Origin: Dictyostelium discoideum
Taxonomy: Eukaryota
NCBI GenBank assembly: GCA_000004695.1
Contig: CM000154.2
Coordinates: forward strand, 1,056,001 to 1,120,000
Direction: 5' to 3'
Length of the DNA: 64,000 nt
The translations under genes and the position numbers were made by a program. The notes beneath the pieces are model-generated. The model saw nothing but the letters and a program-made list of their open reading frames with translations, did no database searches and was not told the origin of the DNA. This document shows positions 50,395-64,000 of this stretch, piece after piece; position 1 is the stretch's first letter; each line of letters begins with the position of its first letter.

Positions 50395-51007
50395 TTATTC
50401 TTGTGATTCAGAGTCACCAATGTTGAAGTATCTGAGTTCGTAGGTGTTTTTGGTGGTGGCAACAACACGTAAGAAATCTCTGATTTGTTTGAATTTTAAG
50501 AATTTCTTGGTTAAATATTTGAGGTATCTCTTTGAGAATGGGATGGTGGTGTTGATGATGATCTTTGATTTATCTTTTGAGATAACAACAGTTGAACCGA
50601 GGTTACCAACTTTGTTGTCAACTTTGATTCTATCGTGTAAGTACTTTTCGAAAGCAGCAACATCGACGATTTTACCGGCTGGGGCGGTACAATCAATGAC
50701 GAATTTATGTGATTTCTTTACGACGGTTTTCTAATTTCAAAAAAAAAAAAATTCAAAATTAGTATTACTCAAAAAAATAAAATAAAAATCTCACTGAATA
50801 AGAAAGGATCATGAAGGGATTCAATTATGTTTTTTTTTCAAAAAAAAAAAATAAAAACAATATTATGATTTAAAATAACTTTGACCATTTTTATAAAATC
50901 ATTTTGTTTTCTATCTTTTTTTTTTTTTTCAAAACACAACTTAACCCCTATCATTGATCCCTTCAAATACAGTGTTTATTGAATACACATACTTGTACTG
51001 AAGGCAT
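50395..51007 (-). CDS. rpl22: 60S ribosomal protein L22e, 116 aa, two exons: complement(join(50395..50730,50993..51007)).
   Basis: Micro-exon 1 ATGCCTTCAGTACAA (MPSVQ) followed by donor GTATGT; acceptor ..gaaattag at 50731. Exon 2 translates [111 protein letters not shown]. It is colinear with human RPL22 (..[85 protein letters not shown]..). The frame has no internal ATG, so it is absent from the ORF track. Confidence 0.9.
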
Positions 51008-51105
51008 TTTATAGTTACGCGTTGTTGGTTTGATCTAGACACACTGAAAAAAAAAAAAAAAAATTAGAAATTTGTTCATTTATTTACAAAAATCTTTCGG
51101 CTTCG

Positions 51106-51162
<57 letters not shown>

Positions 51163-51537
51163 GAAATTTTTTTTTTTTTTTACATAGCATTTACATTTTT
51201 GAATGTAAAAAAAAAATTATGGCTAAAAATAAAGAATTGTTTGGATTGTGTATTGTTTAAATATTTAATTACTTTTTTTTATTATTTCTTTTTTTATTGT
51301 TTTGTTTTTACTTTTTTAGAAAATTAATAAAAATTTTTATTATTATTATTATTATTATTTTTATTTTTATTACTGTTTTTTAAATTTTAAATATGTGATT
51401 TTTTTATTTTTATTTTTATTTTTTTTTGTGTTTATTAAAAAAAAAAAAAATAGATAAAAAATTTATCAAATAATAATATTAGTTTTTTTTTTTAGTTATA
51501 CTTTCCATAAAAAAAAAAAACCATCAACCCATTTTTC

Positions 51538-51575
<38 letters not shown>

Positions 51576-51645
51576 CAAATTAAAATTTAAAAAATTTTTT
51601 TTTTAATTTTTATTTATTGTCAATATAAAGAATATAATTTAATGA

Positions 51646-51987
51646 TTGAATATGCCTTTAACTAAAACAGGCACAACGAAAAAAAGAAGTGATGAACCAA
51701 CTGTTTCATCATCCAAATTAAAAAATAAATCAACAACAACATCATCGTCACCATCAGAATCTGTTGCAACCACACCACCAATAACAACAAAAACAACAAC
51801 AACAACAACAACAAAAAGAGATATTCACACACCAAGCCCAGAATTATTAGAGTATTTAAGATTGGTAGAAAGGGTTGAGAATTTAGCTCTAACTAGAAAT
51901 TGGAAACCTTCATCCTCAAAAAAAGTTAAAATAATTAATAATCTTGATGAATTACTACTAACAATTAATGAAATTGACGAAAATGAT

Positions 51988-52027
<40 letters not shown>

Positions 52028-54390
52028 TTAATTCTTCAATCAAATTAGAAAAAGTGAAAAAAGTTGAAAAAGAAATAGAGAAAGGAGAAAAAATAAAAGA
52101 AAATAAAGAAAAAGAAAAAGAAAAAGAAAAAGAAAAAGAAAAAGAAAATGAAAATGAAAATGAAAATGAAAATGAAAATGAAAATGAAAATGAAAATGAA
52201 AATGAAAATGTAAATGAAAAAGAAAAAGAAAAAGAAAAAGAAAAAGAAAAAGAAAATGAAATTAAAGAAAAAGAAATTATAATTAAAAAAGAAGAACCAA
52301 AAGAGAAAATTAAAAAAGAAGTTAGAATCAAAGAGAATGAAGAAGTCAAGGAAAAACAAAACAAAAAATTATCAAGTACATTAAAACAATTAAAGAGATT
52401 TAGTATACATGAGGATGTTTTAGATTATCTCTCAAATTCAACATTGTCAGGTGCACCACCTCCACCACCTCCACCTTCATCACCATCACCATCACCATCA
52501 ACACAACAAAAAACACCTCAAACCCCTAAAACACCACAAACACCACAAACACCACACACATCATATCAAACACCACTACAAACACCAAAAACACCAATGG
52601 ATACCTATTCAAGTGATAATGATAATTCTTCCACACCAATTAAAGTGCCAACCCTAAGTAGTTTAATTGAAGAAGATGAAGAGGATGAGGATATTGAACT
52701 TATCATATTAAATTCTGCAAGAAAAAATAAAAGAATACCTAATAAATATTTAGTTAATCAATATGATGACGATGATACTGAAGAAGAGGAAGATGATCAT
52801 TCAAAAACTCCTTCTAAATTATTAACACCAATGATAACACCAAGTAAAGAAATTGCACAACAACAAAAAATAAATGATGAAAAATTAAAACAACAACAAC
52901 AAAAAATAAATGATGAAAAATTAAAGAAAGAAAAAGAAAAAGAAAAACAAGATGATGATAATATTTTAGAACAGCTAAATAAAGTAACAATTACACCAAA
53001 AAGACAGCAGCAAACTTTACCAATTAAAGATCAACAAAAAGATTGTACATTAATAACTAAAACTACAAACACAACCACAGTTGCTACTCCAACACCAACA
53101 ACAACAACAACAATAACAAACCCACCAAAACCAATAACTAGAGATACATCATCACTTCATTTATTAACAAAACAATTTAGGTTAACAAGTATTGGTGATA
53201 CATCAAATGATCAACATAATGAAACAATTGAAAGTTCATTACCAGTATCATCATCATCATCATCATCGTCAAAAACTATAGCAACAACAACGACAACAAC
53301 AATTGATAATGAAAATCAAGAACATATAAAATTTGGAAGTGTTCAATCATTTTACCCGGTTGAACCAAATAATGATAAATTTAATGAATCAATGATGTGT
53401 TCACCATTGAATTTAGATACAGCTCATTTACCAGGAGTTGTTCAATTCTTTGAAAGGGATAAAAAGATTCATGCAATTAGTTACTTTAAACGATATAATC
53501 ATACAGTTTTTCAAAATAAATTTCCAGAGGATATGATAGTTTGGAGTGATCAACATTTATCAACACCGGGTAAAACATCGATCACTAAAAAGAATGATTT
53601 CAATTTGGCAAAGATAATACTATCAACAAAGTTAATATCATCAGTTGAAACATTGGCCAATGTATTATGTCATGAAATGTGTCATGCTGCAACTTGGATG
53701 TTTGATAACTCAAAGAAGGCACATGGTAGTGAATTTAAATTTTGGGCAAGAATAGCTCAAACCCAATATCCAGAGTTATCAATTGATATGTGTGATAACT
53801 TTAAATCCTCGTTTGCATATCACTACAAATGTCAATCATTATCTTGTGATGTCAGTTTCGGTAGAAGTACTCCAAATGATGAATTGCTCTATTGTGGTAA
53901 ATGTGGTTCACCAATTGTTCCCGTTGAAAAGGTAGAGACTGAATCAAGATTCGATAGATTCCTAAGGGATAATTTCAATGAAACTAAATTAAAACATCCA
54001 TCTCTAACTCCGGATGAAGTTAAATCAATCATTCAATTAAGATGGAGAAAATTAGAAATTGATCGTGAAAAATTAAAGAAAAAAGAACAACAATTTATAA
54101 ATAACAAAAATTTAATTACTAATGAATTTATATCATCAACATCAACCTCAACATCTGCAATAAAAAATAGAACAACAACAACAACACCAACACCAACAAC
54201 AACACCAGAAGAATCTAATTCAAAAAATAATAATAGTAATTCAACATTAAATTCATCAACAAAACCAATACTAAAAAAAGCATCTTCCACTGCAGTTGGA
54301 AATAATAAAACCACTAGTGGTAAAACAAAGTTAATTCCTATTGATGATTTACCACAAATCTCTACTATTAAAAAATCTTTAAAAAAATAA
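51646..54390 (+). CDS. GCNA/ACRC-like protein: long acidic disordered N-terminus, a SprT-like zinc metalloprotease domain (HExxH), a C4 zinc ribbon and an HMG-box-like C-terminal segment (914 aa)
   Basis: Track ORF 51646..54390. SprT core ..FNLAKIILSTKLISSVETLANVLCHEMCHAATWMFDNSKKAHGSEFKFWARI.., zinc ribbon ..YHYKCQSLSCDVSFGRSTPNDELLYCGKCGSP.., then ..LKHPSLTPDEVKSIIQLRWRKLEIDREKL... The N-terminus is made of EKEK/ENEN repeats and PPPPPPSSPSPSPS tracts. Confidence 0.55.
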
Positions 54391-54787
54391 ATTAATTTTA
54401 TTTAAATTATTTTTAAAAAATCCAAACTCTTACAATTTTTTTTTTATTTCCCAATAGCTAAAAAAAAAATAAAAAAAAAAAAAAAGAAATCAAACAAGAT
54501 GGAGATTTTGATCAAGATTAAAATTGGTTTTTTTTTTTTTTTTTTTTTGAGGATGTCAGAAATTGGGTTTTAAAAAAAAGGATTTTTTTATTTTGCTGGA
54601 AAAAAAATCAGAAATCCTGCCCATTTTTTTTTTTTGGTTTCAATTTTTTTTTTTTTTTTTTTTCAACCAACTAAATTCCATTTTTTAATCAATCTAAGTT
54701 ATCGAAGTTATTAAATATTGATTAAAAACCGGAATCGATTGGATAATTTTTAAAAATTTATATTTAAAATTTATAATGTATTAAATA

Positions 54788-54819
<32 letters not shown>

Positions 54820-54991
54820 ATAAATAGACTAATAATAAAAAAAAAAAAAAAGTTTATAGTTTAATTTTTATTTATTATATAATTGTATTAAAAAATTATT
54901 TATTATTTTTATTAATCTTTGTTTTTATTTATTATTTTTTTAAAAAAGGAATAGAAAAAAATTTATAAAAGTAAATTTTAAATTTTTAATA

Positions 54992-57900
54992 ATGAAAAAT
55001 ATAATAAAATATTTATTTATTTTTCTTTGTTTTCTAATTATTACAGAAGGTAAAAATTTATATTCATTTTGTTTTTTATTTGTTTATTTATTTTAATCTA
55101 ACCAAAAGTTTAATTATTTCAATTTAGCAACACATTTCCGTTATGGTACTATTTCATGGGCTCCAACCACAAAATATAACAACATTAAAATAACGGTGAA
55201 TTTAGCCTTCAGAACAGGATATTGGGGCAGTGTAGCAATTGGTCAACAGATTTCTCATGGAAACATTGATTTTGGAGATAATACAAAAACTGGTCTTACA
55301 ATGACCGTTACAAGTAAGGATACTGATAATGAATGGTTTACTGCAACTTGGAGTGGAATACATGAATATTCTCCTCAACCAACAGCACAGACTAAAAACT
55401 ACATAGTCGTTTACAAAGATTGTTGTAGAATTAGCACACTTTTGAACAATGGTGATCAATATTGGCATATTTCAGCTGGAATTCAAATCGATAGTTCAAA
55501 TGCATTTCCTAATGTCAATTGGTCTCCAGTGACAAACATGATGCCAATCGTTAGGGTTATTGCTAATAAAAATAACAATTTCCGTATTATCGCCAATGAC
55601 CAAAATAAACAAACTGCTCTATCTTATAAATTCACTGATACTTGGACAATGGATCAACCACCTGGTATGACCGTTGATTCTATAAATGGTAACTGTTGGT
55701 TTTTGCCAACAAAAGAGGGTCTTTACTCCACTCAAATTAAAGTAACCGATGCTCTTGGTGCTTATGTTGTAGTTGATTTTCTTCTTCAAACATACACTGA
55801 AGTTGGTAAATGTGACCCAACCTGTTCAAATGCTGATGCCTCTTGCACTTCAAACTCCCAATGTACAAAATGTTCAAATACTGGCTCCAACTCAATCAAT
55901 ACTTGTACAAATATACAATCACCACCAGAATTTATCATCCCAACACCAAAAAATGGTGAAACAATACTTTTCCCAATTGATAAAAGCTCTGAATTTTATC
56001 TTTCATGTAAAACACCATATGCTTCCAGAACTGCATCAATTACCACATCAAGTATACCAACAGAGCTTGCATTAACAACCACTTCAACAGGCCAAACCAA
56101 TTCGATAAAATACTCATGGTCACCGAAAACTTCTTCAATTGGTTCCTATGTTATTTCTGCTCTATGTAAAGACTCTTCAGGATTAACTTCCGAGGTCCGT
56201 TCATTTACAATCCGTATTGGTAAGTTTAATTGTCCAACCATAGAAAACTTTTTTTATTTGGTTTAAAAATTTTCAATATATGTATTAATTTATTGTTTTT
56301 TAATTTTAGAAAAACCTGAATGTGGTAATGGAGGAATAAAGGGTGGTGACGGTAAATGTGTTTGTATAGGAAATTGGGATACTATTTATCAATGTTTTGA
56401 ATGTAAGGATGGTTTCTATGGAGATAAATGTACTGTTTTACCACCATGTAAAAATGGTGTACCAAATGGTGGTGTGAATGGTGATGGTAAATGTTTATGT
56501 AACAATGGTTGGACTGGAAGTGATTGTAGTGTCTCCAATTCTCAAAGTTGTGGTTCAATGACAAGTAGTATTCTTTCTTCTTCAAATGCTGTATCATCAT
56601 ATTTAAATCCAATTAAAGCTCAAGTTTATCTAGCTAATGATAAAAAGTTTGATTTTCCACTTGTTCTCAGTATTCCAAGTACACTTTCTAAACTTGACGT
56701 TTACCTTTTGGTAGATGCAAATATGAATTCAGCTGCAACTTTTTTAAACATATATAATGGTATGGATAATTTTATTTCTTCAGTTAAAAAATTTGCCGAA
56801 GATACTCAGTTTGGTTTAGGTATATTCAGTGATTACCCAAGTAATTCTATTACATTCCAACCAAATTCAAATATTGGTTCTGATATCTCCTCTGCTATTC
56901 GTGAATTTAAACCTTCATCCTATTCTTCCTCATCAAACGGTAACTCACTTTTGGCTGCAACTCAAGCATCATCTGCACAAGTTGGTTGGAATAGTGGTTC
57001 ATTTAAAGTTATTGTAATTATTACCGATATTGATTATCAGGCAAATCCAACAGAGAAATCAAGTTTTACTAATTCATTGATTGATAAATCTGTTGTTCCT
57101 GTTGTAATCGGATTTGGTTCTCCAATTCCTAATTGGGGAGCCTCAATTTCATCCAACGGATTTGGATATACTGTACAATCAGCAATAACTTCTGGTGATT
57201 GGTCAACAAAAGCAGCTGCTGGAATTAAAGCTGTATCAAGTAAACTCGTTTATAAATCAGGTGAAATGGCCAATGGTAAATCTCTTGTTACTTCATTACC
57301 AATTGGTGAAACCATTACACAATCAACCCAAAAAACCGTTACAATTTCTCTTTTAAAACCAGCAACTACAAATATTGAATCACCAGTTGCAAAGGTGTCT
57401 GTTATGGGTTATGGACAAACTGTTATTTCTATTAATTCCAATCGTCAACCAACCGTATCCAATTCTGGTTTCTCTGTTGATCAAAATTCGTTTGCTACAT
57501 TCAAATTGACAGGAAGTGATGCAGATTTAAATATTTTAACATTTAAATTTACATCATTTTTGGATAGTACTGCAGGTATTATTACAAGTAGTTCAGGTGT
57601 GGATGTTTCAACCCAAACAAATACTTTTTATTCATCGACTGAAGTTTTCAAATTTACACCAAAAAAGAATTATATCGCCACTTCTTCAATTTCATTCATT
57701 GCCAATGATGGTTGTGTTGATAGTACTGCAGCAACTATTACAATCACTATCAATAGAATTAACCAAGCACCAGAATGTCAACCAATAACAATAAATGCCT
57801 TGTTAAACCAACAAGTTGGAATTTCATTGAGTGCTAGTGATTTCGAAGATGTTGCATCAAAGATTGCTATATTTGTTTCCAACCCATCGCCATTGACTGT

Positions 57901-60900
57901 CTATGGTTCATTTAATTATCAAGATAAACCAATTACAACAACCACAACAATTAATAACCCATGGCAATTAACCTTTAAACAAATTGTAAATCCACCATCA
58001 GCTATATCTGTTGGAGTTCCATTTAAATCAAGAGATAGTGCCTCGCTTTATTCAAAAGAATGTTTAATAACCGTTAATTTTGTACACACTAATGAAGCAC
58101 CAATTTCATCATCTTTATCACCTGTCCCAGTTAATCCAAGAGATAAAACAACAATAACTTTGACATCCACAGATTATGACTCAACAAGTGCCACATTTAA
58201 TATTAAATCATTTACAACAGGTACTGATGGTAAGGGTACTTTTTACATTTGTCCACAATTGGGTGATTGTTCTTGTACAACAACACAAATAAAATTACAA
58301 AAAAACTATGTATCAAGCGCAGTTTCATATTCAACCAATATTGCCAATCTTGGAATTTGTTTCTCTAATGATCAATCAAGTCAAATTACCGATTATGCTT
58401 CTGTCACTTTTACTTCAACTGATAACCAAGGTTTAGAATCATTACCAGTCACTGTAAATATTAATGTTGTTGGTACTCGTCCAAATAGTCCACCTACAAT
58501 TATTTCAATTCCGAAATATTCTGTTTTCCAAGATTATAAAGACTATGATAAAAGTAGTAAAATAATTGATGGTACAGATACAGACCAAGATGATTATGAC
58601 AAATCCCAAGGTGTAAACAATTTAATTGCCGTTATCACTGAGAAACCAAAAAAAGGTACACTATATTTGAAAAATGATGGTAGTGTCGCTTCAAATTCCC
58701 CAGCTCCAATGGAAATTTATTATGTCCCAAATCCAGGTACTTTTGGAGATGATACCTATTCATACAAAGTTATTGATACTCTTCAAGCTTCATCAACCAT
58801 TGCAACTACAACTGTCTCTGTCATTCAAATTAATCATAAACCATCTGTTAGTGCCGATTCCTATTCATTTACATCCCAAGATGTCCAATTCGAAAAATCA
58901 TTAGTTACTAGTGATTTCGATGGAGACCAAGTAAATTGTCAAGTTATTGCACTTCCAAACCAAATCAGTATGTATGATTCTGAAGGTATTTTAATCACCC
59001 AAGTTCCTGCCAAACTTTCCAAAAATTCTTACAGCTTTAGACTTTTAGATCCTTCATTGATCATACCTTCACCATTTTCAAATGTTCAATCACAATTTAC
59101 TGTTAATTGTTTGGATGTTACTAGTAAAACCGATCCATTTGGCCCATTACAAAGTGATGATCTTATTGTAAATGTTGGATATATCTATATTAATACTCCA
59201 CCAAAAACTAAAACTCTTACTGTACAACTTGATCAAGATACAAGCAAGGCATTTACATTTAATGGCGATGATATTGAAACACCCACATCGGATCTTAAAG
59301 TAAAGATTTTCTCATTACCAACCAATGGTAGACTTTCAAACCAATATGGCTACCTTAATGGAACATCCATTTCCAGTAGAACTTATTACCTCAATGAATT
59401 AACCTATACTCCAAATGCTGGTCTTTCCAATTGGGACACTGAAGATAATAATAGTCCACTCGATAAAATTTCATATGCTGTTTTAGATAAAGGAGGTCTT
59501 TCTTCAGAGACTGATTTAGTTTATTTTAGTGTTAGACCAAGAAATCCACCAATTTATACTGGTAAAGATGAAATTAATGTATTACAAAACACTCGTTATC
59601 CATTGACAATCATTGGTGAAATTGGTAATGGTGGCTCATCTGTGGCAATTAGTGTCGTTAGTTTCACTGGTAATGGTACATTATATGAAACATTCAATAT
59701 GGGTAGCGAAGGTACAATTGATAGACAAATCTCATCCTATCCAGTCAATAGAAGCGATTCTTTGGTAGGATCCTACTTTTATGCATATAAACCACCACAC
59801 AACCAATATGGAGATGATTTTGATACAATTACATTCGTACTTATTGATGGTGATCTTGTTTCAAAGATTTATACTGTCACTGTTAATGTTATTCATGTAA
59901 ATCAACCACCAACAATCAAATTAATTAGTTATAAAGTTTTGGGAGGTTCTGGTAAAGAAATTGAATTTGGTTCAAATTCAACTGTTAATATGAATATAAA
60001 TACCATGGCACTTGTTAAATATATTGGTAACGATATTGATAAAGATCAAGTTGGTCCATTAGGTTCCAAAGTTTTAAATATTCCTTTAACTGGTACCATT
60101 TATAAATTTAATAATGAAACAACTCCATTAGGTGCCATTATTAAAGACAAAAATTTAAATATTGAAAGAAATGATGATGGTTTCTATTATTTTGTATTTG
60201 TTCCAATTAAAGGTAGTACCGGTCAAGGATATGCTCGTGTTCCATTGATTGTCATTGATGATGGTGGTCTCGTTTCTCCATCTGAATCTGTTGACTTCAA
60301 TGTAAACAATATTAATATTCCACCAGTAATTACAATTGATAAAGAAAAGAGATCTTATTCTCTTCTAACCAATCTTACAATATCTGCAACCAAGATAACA
60401 TTTGATGACCCAGATTCTAAAAACAATGATGTGTCAATTACCATTTCAATTGTTGGTGAAAAAGATGAAACTGTTGTACCATTTTCAAATGTTAGCTTCA
60501 CTGTTACCACTGGTAAAGCAACATGTAAACCTGATTCAACTTTATCAAGTATTACTTGTGTTGGTAAAAAATCAGAACTTAATAAAGTAATCTCCAAAAT
60601 TGATATTATTGCAAAAGTAGCTGGAAATTATCGTCTTAAAGTATTTGTTGATGATTTAGGTTATAATTCACCAATTTCAATTAGAAGTTCAACACATTTG
60701 AACGCTACCGATTATGTAACTTTGCAAATTTCCTCGCCAGAAGTAACAACTCAAAATTCTAGTAATAAAACTGTTTTATCTGGTGCTATTGCTGGTGCTG
60801 CCGCTGGTACTGCTTTGATTGCTGCCGCTATGTGGAAAATGTTAAGAAAAGCTGCTCCACCAACTGATGCATTCTTTGATGAAGGTGCTTTCCTTGGTGA

Positions 60901-60985
60901 TGGTGTTAACTCTAATCCAATGTATCAAGAATCAAAGAATGGTGGTGAAAATCCATTATACTTGGCTTCAAATGAAACATTATAG
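54992..60985 (+). CDS. Sib-family (similar to integrin beta) type-I membrane adhesion receptor, about 1941 aa, three exons: join(54992..55049,55128..56219,56310..60985).
   Basis: Signal-peptide exon MKNIIKYLFIFLCFLIITE. Donors GTAAAA at 55050 and GTAAGT at 56220; acceptors ..aatttag at 55127 and ..attttag at 56309. Tenascin-type EGF-like repeats (..CGNGGIKGGDGKCVCIGNWD..CFECKDGFYGDKC..GKCLCNNGWTGSDC..), a VWA/integrin-beta-like domain with a MIDAS-like ..LDVYLLVDANMNS.., a long Thr/Ser-rich repeat region, a TM helix with a Gly-zipper (AIAGAAAGTALIAAAMW), and a cytoplasmic tail with two NPxY motifs (NPMY, NPLY). Confidence 0.8.
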
Positions 60986-61115
60986 TCTAATTTTAATTAA
61001 AAAAAAAAAACTAAAACACTTTTTTTTTTTATTATAAGCAATAAATAAAATAATATTTATTTATAATTTATAATTGATTATTATCTTTTTGTAATTGTTT
61101 TAATTTTTCTTCTTT

Positions 61116-61149
<34 letters not shown>

Positions 61150-62483
61150 AATTTTATTAAATTTAAATGATCGAAAAAGAAAAAAAAAATAATACTAACA
61201 AAAATGTTTTATAAAACTTCTAATTTGTAGATTCAATAAATAATATTTAACACTTTTGACCAAAAATTAAAAAAAGTTGGAGACAGTTTGTATATAAAAA
61301 AAAATGAAAAAAAATATCACAAATGATCTCAATGTAATTTTACAATTTTCAAAAAAAAAAAATAATAAAAAATAAAAAAAAATAATAATGGTAAAAATAG
61401 ATTTATCGATCTATTAATGGGTGATACTATCAAAAAAAAAAAAAAAAAAAAAAAAATAGAAAAAAAGTAGATGTTAACCAAATTGATTTGAGTGTTTGAA
61501 GACTTAAATATTTTGATTTAAATATAAAACAAGCTAAAAAAATTAAAGAAAAGAAATAATCGAGTCAAATAAAGAATAACATTAAAAAAAAAAAAGGTTG
61601 TGAGTCATTAACTGGTTTCTTAATTTTTATCAGTGTCGGATAAATATGCATTATCTCACTGACACACGAACACATAAAAAAGTTTTTTTATTTTTTTTTT
61701 TTTTTTTAAGGTTTGACTTTTGACGGAATTGACAAAAAAAAAAATAAAAAATTTTGACTCAATTCCAATCTGTTTCGAACAATATTTTTCTAATAAAATG
61801 TTTAGAAATTTAATCAAACTTTTAATTAAATTTTCTTTTTTTTTTAATTTATTTTTTAATTTTTTATTTTTTTTTTCTTATTATTTAAAGGTTTTTAATT
61901 TTTTTTTTTTTTTTTTTTATTATTATTTGATATCACAAAGCGCTTGTCAATAGATTATAACTATTTATAATTATTTTTTTTTTTTGTTTTATTTTTTTTT
62001 TTTTTTTCCCCCACACTGTTTTTTTTTAATTTAAATTATTATTATTTTTTTTTTTTTTTTTTTTTTTTATTTAAAATTTTTTTTTTTTATTTTTATTTTC
62101 ATAAAATCAACACACATAAGCTAAATAATAATCAAACTATTATTATTTAACCATTCTGTATTATTAATATAAAGTCTTTAGGATTTTTGTAGATCTAAAT
62201 GTAAGTGTTTAAATTAGAAAACCAAAATAAAAAAAATAATACTAGAAAAAAAAAAGAAAGAGTAAACTGGTTTTTTTTTTTTTTATTTTTTTTTGCTTTT
62301 TTTTTCTATTTTTAATAATAATTTTTAATAATAATCAGAAAATATTTTTTTTTTTTTGCATTTTGTTTTTGTGAAGTTCTCCAATTTTAATTAAAAAAAA
62401 AAAAAAATTAAAAAAAAATAAAATTTAATTTTTTTTTATTTTTTTATTTTTCTTTTTTTTTTAAAAAATTTCTCAAATTAATA

Positions 62484-62516
<33 letters not shown>

Positions 62517-62592
62517 ATTTTTTTCTTTCATCAATTATATATTTTATTCATTTAATTTTTTTTTTTTTTTTATATTTACATATTTTTAAAAA

Positions 62593-64000
<1,408 letters not shown>

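Noticed and set aside
50444-50734. Track ORFs 50444..50734 (+) and 50511..50696 (-) over the rpl22 exon
   Set aside because: Both are the wrong frame or strand. The genuine L22e frame has no internal ATG and is joined to a 15-nt first exon at 50993..51007.

Overview
This is an AT-rich (roughly three-quarters A+T) eukaryotic nuclear window with short AT-rich GT..AG introns, poly-Asn/Gln (AAT/CAA) coding tracts and homopolymer-rich intergenic DNA, which fits a dictyostelid (Dictyostelium-type) genome. I found no rRNA, tRNA, CRISPR array or recognisable transposon. About 27 protein-coding loci lie on both strands. The clear orthologues are CDC48/p97 (its 5' part, running off the window's right-hand end), 2-oxoglutarate dehydrogenase E1, ribosomal protein L22e, a Sib (integrin-beta-like) adhesion receptor with NPxY tail motifs, a UBR-box N-recognin E3 ligase, a GCNA/SprT-like protease, GCFC/PAXBP1, SMCR8 (DENN/longin), Akirin, tRNA adenosine deaminase Tad2/ADAT2, a nurim/NnrU-like membrane protein, an MIT-domain protein and a tandem pair of secreted paralogues. 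Three loci are frame-disrupted in this sequence: a Sec16-like gene, an importin-alpha-like gene lacking the IBB domain, and a Uma2/DUF820 endonuclease-like gene. There are also orphan exon fragments, including an SCYL1 N-terminal relic. Many ORFs in the supplied six-frame track (poly-Y/L/I/F/C proteins) are off-frame readings of trinucleotide repeats and are not genes. All exon coordinates were derived by hand from splice signals and frame continuity.
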